DNA from: Candidatus Bathyarchaeota archaeon | GTDB lineage: Archaea > Thermoproteota > Bathyarchaeia > Bathyarchaeales > Bathycorpusculaceae | Assembly (NCBI GenBank): GCA_963780185.1 | Contig: CAWABA010000006.1 | Coordinates: 352,001 to 416,000, forward strand | Length of the DNA stretch: 64,000 nucleotides | Direction of reading: 5' to 3' | Part shown: piece after piece, positions 21,501 to 31,634 of the stretch | Position numbering within the stretch: the stretch's first letter is position 1 | Layout: every line of letters starts with the position of its first letter | Translations under genes and position numbers: made by a program | Notes under the pieces: generated by a model | What the model was told of the DNA's origin: nothing | Database searches by the model: none | Seen by the model: the letters and a program-made list of their open reading frames with translations, nothing else

Positions 21501-21932
21501 TTAGGCTTTGGGCTCTAGACGGCTTTGCAGACAGGTAAGATATGCGACGAAATCTAACTCTCCGTTTTTCGGAGCAAACCGGAAATCCCTGAATTGGGAA
21601 TGCAGTTTTTCAATTATTTTTATTTCAATCAGCTTGCCAACTGTGCCGAAAGTTTGTTCAATGGCGTTCGCGAAAGCTTCAATTTTACTTGGAATATCGT
21701 CTTTGTTTATTCCGTACGCGTTTTTGAGGTGGCTGTAAATGGCTTGTTTTGTGTTTTCTCCTAAACCGGCGAGAATGTCGTTTACCGCCTGCGTCACTGC
21801 AGCTTCAAAATTGGCTTCAGCGTGTTCGTTTCTTAACGAAAACGGGGAAGACTGACTTAACATAGTTTCAGATTGACTCATCGTATCATCTTTTTTATTG
21901 AAGCGCTCAAACCAGCATATCGCAATACTCAA
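21501..21932 (-). CDS. Small alpha-helical DUF3227-like archaeal protein
   Basis: LGENTKQAIYSHLK...IPSKIEAFANAIEQTFG..GKLIE pattern. Confidence 0.55.
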   Translation of the reverse strand: MSIAICWFERFNKKDDTMSQSETMLSQSSPFSLRNEHAEANFEAAVTQAVNDILAGLGENTKQAIYSHLKNAYGINKDDIPSKIEAFANAIEQTFGTVGKLIEIKIIEKLHSQFRDFRFAPKNGELDFVAYLTCLQSRLEPKA

Positions 21933-22061
21933 TATATAAACGTATTCAAAAAGCCGATTCCCCTCTCAATTGTCGAACAAAACAAATCGTCAAAACCCAC
22001 TGAGTAGCTAAGGCGCCGAAATCTTCCAGTTGGGTTTCCTCATCTTTTTATGAGACTTGGT

Positions 22062-22175
22062 TTAGGGTTGAATTCTTGGTTTTTTCATACATTCATGCAT
22101 GTGTACCCAGAGCATGTAGCGGCTCCGCCACGGCGGGGCATCGCAGAATGGACAAGCGAACATTGGCTCTCTCAC
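22062..22175 (-). CDS. Unannotated small zinc-finger protein (33-37 aa)
   Basis: (VREP)MFACPFCDAPPWRSRYMLWVHMHECMKKPRIQP*; CxxC...HxxxC; GGTGA SD upstream. Confidence 0.55.
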   Translation of the reverse strand: MREPMFACPFCDAPPWRSRYMLWVHMHECMKKPRIQP

Positions 22176-22319
22176 TCTTCAATCACCCTTAACCACAAAA
22201 AGGCACCCTGATTGATTAATACATATGTGACTGCAACAAATCAACAACAGAAAACCCGCCGCAGAGGCTCCGAAATAGTTTTTAAAATGCTGCATCAATA
22301 GTATATTGGATTTGATTTT

Positions 22320-22577
22320 ATGCCCAAGTACATTGTGAATTCAGCTATTTTGCGCAAGGATCCGAAGGCTTGCGCGGAAGGAGCAGCGAAAAATCTTGCG
22401 TCTGGAAAATTTAAAGATGTAGCAGCGAGAGCGTGTTATTGCTGCGGCTCCGAAGGCAGAGTTGCATTCGTCATTGAAGGAGCAAGCAGGGACGCAGTGC
22501 TTCAGGCAATGGAGAAACTCGACATTCCAGTCGCGTCAATAATGGAAACTGAAGAAATAAACCTCAAAAATAGTTAA
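22320..22577 (+). CDS. Small hypothetical protein (ferredoxin-like fold candidate)
   Basis: 85 aa with CYCC and FVIEGASRDAV; TTTAAAA promoter-like box upstream. Confidence 0.5.
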   Translation: MPKYIVNSAILRKDPKACAEGAAKNLASGKFKDVAARACYCCGSEGRVAFVIEGASRDAVLQAMEKLDIPVASIMETEEINLKNS

Positions 22578-23128
22578 CCAGCCAAAATCGACTTCGCAGA
22601 TTCCGCGTACGTTTGGAAGTCGCCTTCAGAAAACAAAACCAAAATAACCTTTTCAAGCTTGTCTTCTTTTTCCAGAAAAGCCTTCACCGTTTTCACAGCA
22701 ACGCGGCTGGCTTCTTCAATAGGGTAACCGTACGCCCCCGTGCTGATGGATGGAAAAGCGATTGTTTTGAGACCTTTTGCAGTGGCAAGCTTCAGCGAGT
22801 TTCTGTATGCTTGCTTGAGCAGCTCAGATTCAACATGGAAGCCGCCAAGCCAAACAGGCCCAACCGTGTGAATCACATGCTTAGCCTTTAAGTTGCCGCC
22901 TGACGTTATAACGGCTTTCCCAGTTGGAAGACCCTCAGGCCACTCCGTCTCCCTAATCCGCCTGCATTCCTCATCGATTTGAGGTCCGCCTCTGCGGTGT
23001 ATTGCGCCGTCCACTCCGCCCCCTCCCATCAACGACGAATTCGCCGCATTCACAATCGCGTCTGCCTCAACATCCGTTATGTCTCCTCGGATTATCTGCA
23101 AGACAGCGTTTCCAACTTTAAACTCCAT
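22574..23128 (-). CDS. Macrodomain O-acetyl-ADP-ribose deacetylase (YmdB/MacroD type)
   Basis: GDIT, DAIVNAANSSLMGGGGVDGAIH, VIHTVGPVW, AFPSISTGAYGYP. Confidence 0.95.
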   Translation of the reverse strand: MEFKVGNAVLQIIRGDITDVEADAIVNAANSSLMGGGGVDGAIHRRGGPQIDEECRRIRETEWPEGLPTGKAVITSGGNLKAKHVIHTVGPVWLGGFHVESELLKQAYRNSLKLATAKGLKTIAFPSISTGAYGYPIEEASRVAVKTVKAFLEKEDKLEKVILVLFSEGDFQTYAESAKSILAG

Positions 23129-23158
23129 AACTATCAGTAACCCTCAAATGCTATATAA

Positions 23159-23863
23159 CTATGCAAGGATCGCCCACAGCGCAGAACCCACAAAGTAAGC
23201 TCCGAAGCCGATGAAGACAGCCACGCAGAAAAGCGTTATCCCCCTCCTCACCTGCTGATTCCAACGTTGAGACCACAGCTGCTGAGACCTAAAAATCCCC
23301 AACGCTATAACAGTGTAAAAAGAGAAATCGCAAAGCCAATGCACCCCCGCAAACAGGGAAAAGCCAATTATGCCGAACAGTTGAGCGTTAAGAATCAAGG
23401 TTGTGCCGATGGTCAGCCACCAAAGGATGAAACCAGCGTTCACGGCAGTTGTGTAAACGCCTGCGAGAATCGAATCCCGATTGGAACTCACAAATGCATC
23501 GTCGGCTTTGTTTCGGTTCCTAAACGTTTGAGTACCCATCAAAACCATCAAGGAGCCGCCGACTAACCCGACGGCAATTTGGATAAAGCTCGGAATCTTA
23601 AATTGCCTTAAGACGAAAAAGATGGCAAACATCAAAGGAAACTCGACGATTCCGTGGCCAATCGCAACCAATGCGCCTGCAGCCTTTCGTTTTGTTGCTT
23701 TCTGAATGGTGACGGCGAACAAGGGTCCAGGCATCAGAACACCCGAAAGCGAAATCAGTACGACTGAGGCAAAGAACAGGTATTCGTAGTGATAAACGCC
23801 GTGGCTGAGAAAAACCTCCTTTACTTCTTCGCACCCCTGGTTATCAGGAGAACCCGTGACCAT
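23159..23863 (-). CDS. LysE family transporter (true start probably near 23800)
   Basis: SGVLMPGP, GHGIVE, NAGFILWW; about six TMs. Confidence 0.85.
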   Translation of the reverse strand: MVTGSPDNQGCEEVKEVFLSHGVYHYEYLFFASVVLISLSGVLMPGPLFAVTIQKATKRKAAGALVAIGHGIVEFPLMFAIFFVLRQFKIPSFIQIAVGLVGGSLMVLMGTQTFRNRNKADDAFVSSNRDSILAGVYTTAVNAGFILWWLTIGTTLILNAQLFGIIGFSLFAGVHWLCDFSFYTVIALGIFRSQQLWSQRWNQQVRRGITLFCVAVFIGFGAYFVGSALWAILA

Positions 23864-24438
23864 CGCAATGGCTGCTGCTGAAGCTCCACAGTTAACCCCG
23901 CTTGGGTAAACATGTCTCGTATCTCGGCTGGGCTGTTATACCTAAAGTTTCTAACAAAAGCTGACATCCAACGCGGTATAACAATGTCTGCCAGCAAGAA
24001 TCTTCCCTGAGGTCTCAAAACACGGGCAACTTCACTGATTCCTTTGGCTTGATCTGCCCAGTGATGAAATGACAGCGTGCTAAAGGCAAGGTCAACCGAG
24101 GCTTCAGGCAGAGGCAAAAATTCAGCCATAGCAACATGAAATTCTGCCTCTGGAAACAACTGAGTTGCTTGATCTATCATCTTCTCAGCTGCGTCAACAC
24201 CCACTAACCTTGCATTGGGCCACTGCTGCTTTGCCTTTCTAAGTAATCGACCCGTGCCGCAGCCAACGTCCATAACGACTTCTGGGTTACATTGGTCCTT
24301 GGCTAATTGTAGAACTCTTCTCTGAACCCTGTCAAAAAAGTAGCCCTGACTACTTGCAGTTTCATAGGTTGCCGCCCTGCGATTGAAACGTTCCACATCA
24401 GCCTCTTTACTCATGTATCCCCCTGCCTTTGTTTCCAT
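23821..24438 (-). CDS. Class I SAM-dependent methyltransferase
   Basis: MDVGCGTG, SFHHW, RVLRPQG. Confidence 0.9.
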   Translation of the reverse strand: METKAGGYMSKEADVERFNRRAATYETASSQGYFFDRVQRRVLQLAKDQCNPEVVMDVGCGTGRLLRKAKQQWPNARLVGVDAAEKMIDQATQLFPEAEFHVAMAEFLPLPEASVDLAFSTLSFHHWADQAKGISEVARVLRPQGRFLLADIVIPRWMSAFVRNFRYNSPAEIRDMFTQAGLTVELQQQPLRWSRVLLITRGAKK

Positions 24439-24773
24439 GACAATCGAGCATTAATTGGTTAACCTGTTTAAGCGCAGGTAGTTAATAGCTATTTTTCGGC
24501 TTAAAGCAGTTTTAAAATTTCAATCTCACCTTTTGAAGGTAACTATTTTCTCAGAGATGTGATTAACGTGTATTTAGGCTTAATTCTGTATAAGGGCGTT
24601 AGGTCTTTATGGGGCAATTGAGCGATTTGTGTTCGCAATGCCTAAATTCTTCTTAAACACTAGTGTATCACCAGTGACATAACTTCCTAATCGGGTCGAT
24701 GTGTCACCAGATTTCCTTTCGCCGCCTTAGAGTGGTGTTAGACGTTATTTTGATTGATAAAGAGTGAGTTTGG

Positions 24774-25364
24774 ATGGTTCTCGATAAGTTGTGGACAGAG
24801 GATGAAGTTAATGATCTTAGAGCGATGTGTAGCCAGGGTAAAAATCTTGAAGAGATGGCTGAGCACTTTCATAGAAGCCAAGAGGGCGTTAGACTTAAGC
24901 TCTATCGTCTAGGTTTTGTAGTCTCCGCGGAAACAATTGTGTCATCATCTTCATCATCAACAACAAGCTGTGAAACCGTTAAATCCGCTGAACAAAGGCA
25001 AAATGATCTGTGCTCGAATGCTTCTGCTTTAATAACGAGGGGACTTGAACCCATCAAGCCAGCTGAACAACTTATAACTGTTGAAGACGATGCAAAAATG
25101 ACGCTTGGATGCATCCAGCGGTTAAACGAAAAAGGCTTAACCGCACTCGATATCCGACGCATAAAATTGATGATACCCGCATTAAAAAGCTACATCATCT
25201 TGCAAACTGACTATATCCAGAAGTTGGCAATGGTTGAACGACACGTTGCAGAGTTGGATAGGGTTGTGCTTGCCCAGTTAGAGGACAAAGTTGCTAAAGC
25301 GCAAACCGACCAAGAGCGCAAGGTTTGGGAAGAGCAAGTTGATGCTTTGAAAGAAAAAATGTAA
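24774..25364 (+). CDS. HTH-containing protein, possible terminase small subunit
   Basis: N-terminal WTEDE...LEEMAEHFHRSQEGVRLKLYRLG HTH, Ser/Thr linker, helical/coiled-coil C-terminus; directly upstream of TerL. Confidence 0.5.
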   Translation: MVLDKLWTEDEVNDLRAMCSQGKNLEEMAEHFHRSQEGVRLKLYRLGFVVSAETIVSSSSSSTTSCETVKSAEQRQNDLCSNASALITRGLEPIKPAEQLITVEDDAKMTLGCIQRLNEKGLTALDIRRIKLMIPALKSYIILQTDYIQKLAMVERHVAELDRVVLAQLEDKVAKAQTDQERKVWEEQVDALKEKM

Positions 25365-25409
25365 GCAAAGCGCTGTTTTCAGGGAAAGGCAAGATTAGAG
25401 GGGCGAAGT

Positions 25410-26804
25410 TTGGGACGCAGATTGGAAAATTTGCCACTTTGGCGGGGTCACAAGTATCGACGGGCTTTTAGGAGGCTTCCGCAAATCGATAAAGCAATCA
25501 GGCGACTGCAAGTTCAAGAAGCCATCGAAATCAAGGGTCCCGTGGATTTTGCAGAGAAAATCTTGGATACAAAGCCTTTCCTGTATCAGGCTGCCCTGCT
25601 TGAAGACTCAAGTAAACGAATCGTCGCCTGCATGGGTCGCCAAACAGGCAAAACCACAACCATAGCCCTAAAAGCCATCTACTTTGCCCACGCCAACAAG
25701 GGCGTCACCGTTCTAATTACGAGTCCCTCGCTGCGGCAATCAGTGATAATGTTCGACCACATCATGTCTTTTGTCTACTCCAGCTTTTACCTCCGCAGCA
25801 AAATCCTTAGGGCAACGGGAACGCTCATCCAGTTTGATAACAAAAGTAAAATAATCGCCTTGCCATGCTCCGAGCACCTGCTAAGAGGCTACACGGCAAA
25901 CATGATTATTCTGGATGAAGCCTCATGGATCCCCGAAAAAGTCATCACCCAAATTCTCTTCCCAATGCTAACAACAACCGACGGCTACGCAATACTTCTA
26001 AGCACACCTTGGGACAAAAACCATTTCTTCTACCGAGCCTTCGTAAACCCCGCCTATAGCGTGCACAAAGTAAAATCCAGCGAGTGCCCACTCGTAACCC
26101 AGCATATTCTGGATGAAAACCGCCAAAACATGACCCAGGAAGAGTACCTCATGGAGTACGAAGCCGAATTCGTCGAAGCTCTCAACAGCTATTTCTCGCA
26201 GGCACTTATTCGTTCATCGGTTGAGTTAGCCCAAAAGCTCGGCGTTGAGCTTCACAACAACCTTGAAGGTTCCATTCCAAGCGGAGACTACTACGCGGGC
26301 TTAGACTTCGGTAAATTGCAAGATTACAGCGTCCTCACCGTTTTGAAACGGGAAAGCGAAACCCTCAAACTCGTTTACATGTATCAATTCCCACTCGAAA
26401 CCCCATACACGCAGGTAATTGGGCACCTGATAAGAGCCAACCAAAAATTTCAGTTCAGAAACGTGCTGGTTGATCAAACGGGCGTGGGTGAGCCTGTGCT
26501 TGAGGAGATTCGCAACCAAGGCTTGAGAGTTGCCGATGGTCTTACGTTCACTTTGCAGTCGAAAGAGGAGCTGCTTACGGGACTGAAAATGGCTTTGGAG
26601 CAGAACCGCTTAGCGATCCCGTACGATAGGTTGCTTTGCCAGCAGATCAATGAGCAACAGTACGGGTACAGCAAAAGCGAGCACCTGCAATTCAACCATC
26701 CACAACACTGTCACGACGACATGCTATGGGCACTAGCTTTGGCAACCGCAGTAACGATGCGAACGCCTCCACCTGGCAAAGGCGCTATGATGCTTCCACA
26801 TTGA
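25410..26804 (+). CDS. Terminase large subunit-like protein (ATPase + RNase H-like nuclease)
   Basis: Q motif LYQ, Walker A GRQTGKTT, Walker B IILDEA, motif III STP, QEEYLMEYEAEF; nuclease GLDFG, VDQTGVG, HDD. Confidence 0.9.
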   Translation: MGRRLENLPLWRGHKYRRAFRRLPQIDKAIRRLQVQEAIEIKGPVDFAEKILDTKPFLYQAALLEDSSKRIVACMGRQTGKTTTIALKAIYFAHANKGVTVLITSPSLRQSVIMFDHIMSFVYSSFYLRSKILRATGTLIQFDNKSKIIALPCSEHLLRGYTANMIILDEASWIPEKVITQILFPMLTTTDGYAILLSTPWDKNHFFYRAFVNPAYSVHKVKSSECPLVTQHILDENRQNMTQEEYLMEYEAEFVEALNSYFSQALIRSSVELAQKLGVELHNNLEGSIPSGDYYAGLDFGKLQDYSVLTVLKRESETLKLVYMYQFPLETPYTQVIGHLIRANQKFQFRNVLVDQTGVGEPVLEEIRNQGLRVADGLTFTLQSKEELLTGLKMALEQNRLAIPYDRLLCQQINEQQYGYSKSEHLQFNHPQHCHDDMLWALALATAVTMRTPPPGKGAMMLPH

Positions 26805-27182
26805 AAGAACGAAACGAAGTCTCCCCAACTATTCAATAACTCTGAATGCTAAACATAGCATCAACGATGTGATAACCCCAAGGTTACACTACAATAACCA
26901 ATCAATTAAAAGTTGATTTCGAAAATGCAAGCAATCCCTAAAAAGTTGAGTTTGTTTATAACATCGGACTTTTTTTCGTTTTGCCCGTTTACACGAAAGT
27001 TACTGAGACATGAAAATGGTTTAAGTCGTTTATAAAAAGAGTGGAATTTTTTACTTTATTTCAACACTTAGCGGGTATTTTATTGAGCCTTTTTTTAAAG
27101 CAGTGTAAGAAATTTCATTTTAAGTCTCTTCTGTTTTACCTTTAAGTTTTGCTATCGCAATGCTAACATTTAATTGATTTTT

Positions 27183-27698
27183 TTAGCAAAGGTTTTTTCT
27201 TCTGCTATAACTTCCGCGTGCTTTTTCTTTTCCTAAGCTTAATGTAACTAGTTCCATTGTTCTCAGGATATCATCTCTTGAGCCACAAGTCGGTTTTGTA
27301 TTTATGAGAGCACTGATAATACCCATTAAGCTCTGAATTTCTATTTTGTAGTCTCTCCGAGCAATTTCATATACTCTATCTTCGATATTCCATACAAAAA
27401 GAATCTTGGTATAAGGTTGGTTACTAAAAACTTCGTTAATAACTTGCTTAACGAATTGATTCTCAAATTTGTGTTTTTGATAGTAGTCTAAACTGTTTTT
27501 GACGTTTGAAAATTTTGCTTTGCTTGTAAGTTTAGAAGTGGTGTGAATACTTGACTCAACATGATAACGCTCTAACGTTTTTGGGTCAATGGCTAAGAGG
27601 TCAATCTCAAATTTGCGTTCACACTTTATATTGGTCATCGTAAAACAATGAAGAATCTCTTGGAAATATTTCTCTATTATGTGAACTTCTGGTTCCAT
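27183..27698 (-). CDS. PD-(D/E)xK-like nuclease, AT-rich gene
   Basis: EIDLLAID...RYHVESS resembles a restriction-endonuclease-fold catalytic core. Confidence 0.5.
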   Translation of the reverse strand: MEPEVHIIEKYFQEILHCFTMTNIKCERKFEIDLLAIDPKTLERYHVESSIHTTSKLTSKAKFSNVKNSLDYYQKHKFENQFVKQVINEVFSNQPYTKILFVWNIEDRVYEIARRDYKIEIQSLMGIISALINTKPTCGSRDDILRTMELVTLSLGKEKARGSYSRRKNLC

Positions 27699-28033
27699 AT
27701 GAATTACCCAGAAGTATCACAAGCTCTTTTTGCTTTTAGTTTTTGCTCTCCTGCTAATTTCCGTCAAAGCCCATTCGATGTATTTCGATAAAAGTCAATA
27801 AAAACCAGTTTGCGCTTCCAACGGGAGGTTTATTGTAATTTCTGCTCATTTAGGTCAGAAAAGAAATTATTAACTCCTTCCCGAATTGTCGCGGACATAC
27901 TTCAAGTGGCTTAGATGAACCTTGGCGTTCTTTTTAAAGAAGAAAACAATAGAATGGGAAAAGAAGCCCAAAATTTTTCAGCAAAAAAATCATTATAGCT
28001 GATAATTCTTGTGAGCCTCCAAAGGATATTTTA

Positions 28034-28592
28034 TTAGCCGCATTTTTTGCCTTTGAAAAGTCTTGTCTGCATCTCCACGATTTCAGCGCTATCTTTCGCC
28101 GTGACGTAGTTGTCAAGCAGCATGCCGTTTAACTCGAAAAAACGTGTGTCCCCACGTGAAAATCGACAAAAGCTCCTCCGACTCCTCTTTGAATCCTGCT
28201 ATATAGAGGGCTGCAGCGATGGCTTCTGCCGTTGTAAGCTTCGTTAGTTTGCCGAAGTTGACTGGGTTGCCTGCGATAAGGATGGGTAGGCATCGGCTGG
28301 TTCCTTTAACGTGTTTTCCCATAACTTTCTGGGCATGCTCCCAGCTACAATCCAATGCGGCCAACCCAAACTGCGAAAGCCTCTCCCTGTCTGCAGGAGA
28401 AAACGCGATTTCGCCAAAAGGATTCAGCACGATGGCTCGCTTTGGCAGAAACCTTGCTTTGGTAACTATCCTTGCGTAGCCTCGACGTTTAAGTCGCAGG
28501 GCAGTGTTTTTTTTAGGGTCATCCTGTGCCGCATGGTAAATGGTTATCCTCACTGGCAAAGCGGGCTTTGGAGGTTCCGGGTCAGGTTCCAA
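28034..28592 (-). CDS. tsr3: rRNA aminocarboxypropyltransferase Tsr3 (DUF367), frameshift near 28140
   Basis: QDDPKKNTA, LDCSW, RCLPILIAGNPVNFG, LTTAEA, FTWGHTF; the shifted frame continues ELNGMLLDNY after a homopolymer run. Confidence 0.9.
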
Positions 28593-30118
28593 GTTGATTG
28601 CGCACCTTTACGTGACTCATCGGGTCATCAAAAACCTTCGGGATCCAATCAATAATGTCCGTCGCCACCATGTGAAAGCCAAGTTCGCTTGCGGCAAAAT
28701 CGCCTGCTGCCCCGTTGACGAAGGCTCCAGCCGCCGCAGCTTCAAACGGGTCAACACTCTGAGCCATTAAACCGCTGACGATGCCGCTGAGAACATCACC
28801 TGTGCCGCCCACAGTCATACCTGGGTTCCCCGTGAAATTCAACTTGATGCGTTCGGGACTGCAAATGTAGTCGACCTTGCCTTTCACAAGCACAACGGCG
28901 CCAAGTTTCATCGCAGTTTTTTGAATTGCCAAGGCGCGTTCTTCTTGGTTTTCAGGCAAAGTTTCACCTGTGAGTATCGTGTATTCGCCAGCGTGAGGCG
29001 TAAGAACAAGCGGCACCTTTAGGGGTCTTTTGAACTTGGCAAATGCCTTAAGTCCATCGGCGTCTAAAAGCAAAGGTTTCCCAGCCTTCTCAACCTCTTC
29101 CACGCAGAGCTTCACGAACTCGGCAGTTTCCGACTTCAAACCTAAACCGGGACCCAACGCAACCGCGTTAACCATGCCCAAGTACGGCTTGAGCGTTTCC
29201 ATGTTGCTTGGCTTCAGGCTGGTGCCTTCAAGCTTTACCGTTATCAAGTCAGGAGACATTGAGGAAATCGCGTAAGCTGTCTGCGTGGGCGCTGCAAGAT
29301 AAACAATGTCGACTCCAGTGCGCATGGCGCCCAGCGAAACCAAGGTGGGGGCTCCCGAATACACTTCGCTTCCGCCGATGACGAGCAGCCGCCCAAAATC
29401 GCCCTTGTGAGCTGTGGGGCTACGCGGAACCTTCGCAAGGTAAACGTCGCCTGGACCCGTGTACCCTTCCATCTCCATGGGCAAGCCAATTGGTTTCACC
29501 ACGAGTTCGCCGACGTATTTTTTGGCTTTTTCCAACCCTGGCTTTGACCTGTGGAAAGTGACGGTTAAATCGGCTTTAACCGCGGCGCCCAAGACTTCGC
29601 CAGTATCCGAATCTATACCCGTCGGCACATCCACTGCGATTTTGAAAGCCTCCGAAGTCGTTGATGCAGTCAACTATCTGGCTTATCGGCGGCTTAATTT
29701 TTCCTTTGGTGCCCGTTCCCAGCAAAGCGTCAATGATTACGTCGGCGGATACTTGTGGAATAGCTGAACTGTCAGTCACTTCAATGAAGGCAATTTTGTC
29801 CTGCATTGACTCAAGGATAGCATAGTTTCTTCGGGCTGCCTCATGGTTGACGTCCCTGCTTCTGCCTGCAAGAACAACAGCTACTTTGTAGCCAGCTGAC
29901 AAAAGATGCCGTGCTACGACAAATCCGTCGCCTCCGTTTCCGCCTAAACCGCAGAAAACAGCCACCTTTTTGCCTTCGGGAAACCGTGCAGTCACTTCTT
30001 GGGCAACGCTGCCTCCAGCGTTCTCCATTAGCTGAAGCAGGCTTACGCCGTAGTATTCAGCGTTGGCTTCCAGGGCTCGCATTTCCCTGCTTGTAATCGG
30101 CTTGTTTTTGGTACGCAT
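28582..30118 (-). CDS. nnr: Bifunctional NAD(P)H-hydrate epimerase/dehydratase (frameshift near 29665)
   Basis: LMENAG, GNGGDG, DALLGTG, AVDVPTG; then HKGDFG, GPGLG, LDAD, TPHAGE, GGTGDVLSG. Confidence 0.92.
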
Positions 30119-30331
30119 TTTGACGCCACTAAGGTATTTGAGTGCAAATTAAAAGATAAGGCTTGCTAAACCGTATACAAAAGCATCACCAAAACACATA
30201 AAAAACCTGAAAACTCAACGCTGACGCCTGTGCCCTCCAAATTTTGAAGGGCTGAAGGGTTCGCAAAAGGTTTATCCAATAGTTTCACGCTAGATAATTT
30301 AATTCTAAAAAAATGTTTTAAAACAGCCATT

Positions 30332-31075
30332 ATGAGGTATGTGTGTTTGAACAAAACCTACAGCATAACAAGTTCCGATGCCCTTTTGATAACAGACATC
30401 CAAAACGATTTTCTCCCCGGCGGAGCCCTGCCTGTTCCCGGAGGCGACGAAATTATTCCCGTCTTAAACGAGTTTGCAAGGGTTTTTGCCGACGCCAAAG
30501 CCTACGTTTTTGCTTCCCGAGATTGGCATCCTGCGAATCATTGCTCGTTTAAGCAGCAGGGCGGTCCTTGGCCCGCGCATTGTGTGCAAGACACGAAAGG
30601 CGCAAACTTCAGCCCCATACTTAAACTGCCCAAAAACGCAGTTGTCGTGTTCAAAGCCACGGATCCAATGCGGGAAAGCTACTCGGTTTTTGACGGAAGC
30701 ACCTTCGCCAAGGAACTCAAAGAACGCAAAATACAACGTCTATTCGTGGGCGGACTTGCAACGGACTACTGCGTTTTGAACACGGTTCTTGACGCTCGCA
30801 AACTTGGCTATGAAACGGTGGTTCTTATGGATGCAACCCGAGGCATTGACACGGCTCCTGGAGATGTTGATAGAGCTGTGGAGTCGATGCTTAAATGTGG
30901 CGCTTTGCAGGCGACAACCGCTGACTTTCCAGATGGAGTTGAAACTTTGTCGGTGGATGAGACTGAAGCTGATGCTATGGGAGACAAGCCTACTGATAGA
31001 GCTGTTGTGAATAGGAAGGCTCGAATGCGATCGCGTGGGTCCTCAAAGAGGCTTCCGACTGAGCGGAAAGGCTGA
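30332..31075 (+). CDS. pncA: Nicotinamidase/pyrazinamidase
   Basis: DIQNDFLPGGAL, DWHP, WPAHCVQ, SYSVF, GLATDYCV. Confidence 0.92.
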   Translation: MRYVCLNKTYSITSSDALLITDIQNDFLPGGALPVPGGDEIIPVLNEFARVFADAKAYVFASRDWHPANHCSFKQQGGPWPAHCVQDTKGANFSPILKLPKNAVVVFKATDPMRESYSVFDGSTFAKELKERKIQRLFVGGLATDYCVLNTVLDARKLGYETVVLMDATRGIDTAPGDVDRAVESMLKCGALQATTADFPDGVETLSVDETEADAMGDKPTDRAVVNRKARMRSRGSSKRLPTERKG

Positions 31076-31634
31076 TTTTCTTCGAACTGCATCGAACCTT
31101 AAATAACCATAGTGCAGAATTCTGCACAACAACGCTAGATTCGGCCTCGACCAGAGGGTTAATCTGAAAGCGGAGCAAACATGGGTTAACTCTAATCCAA
31201 AAGACGCAGCAAATGCTTTGCTAAAGTTTGAAAACGGGAAAAAACGTCTGCATTTAACTCCGCTTCAGCAGTCAGTCAGGAAAGGGCACAAACAATGGTT
31301 GGTTTAGACGCCAAAAACGTGGCAGGAGTCCTGATAACGCTTCCAAACGGCAGCTCTTTGTCTGTTTTTTGATTGACTGAGAAATGCCTTTTCGCCAGTG
31401 TACGCTCACTGCGGTAACCTTTTTTCTCAAACATGTTTCCGAAAAATTCTCGAATGGTAAATATTTACATTAAATAGTTAAATAATTGGAGGCTGAACGC
31501 TACTCAATTAACATTAAATGATTAAAAACGCATGAACAGGAGTCTTTTTCAAAGCATACGGCGGGCGAACAAAGCAGAAACGTTGGAATTGGCGCATCAG
31601 CCGGAATTAATCGTAGAGACGCCTTGTCCCGAGC

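Noticed and set aside
24774-27750. Complete provirus
   Set aside because: No portal, capsid, tail, integrase or att repeats visible; reported as an orphan module instead.
28130-29680. Frameshifts in tsr3 and nnr as programmed frameshifting
   Set aside because: Both are ordinary single-ORF housekeeping genes and similar indels occur throughout the window; sequencing error is the simpler explanation.
31180-31380. Possible gene relic (DAANALLKFENG) between pncA and yjbQ
   Set aside because: Too short and broken to assign.
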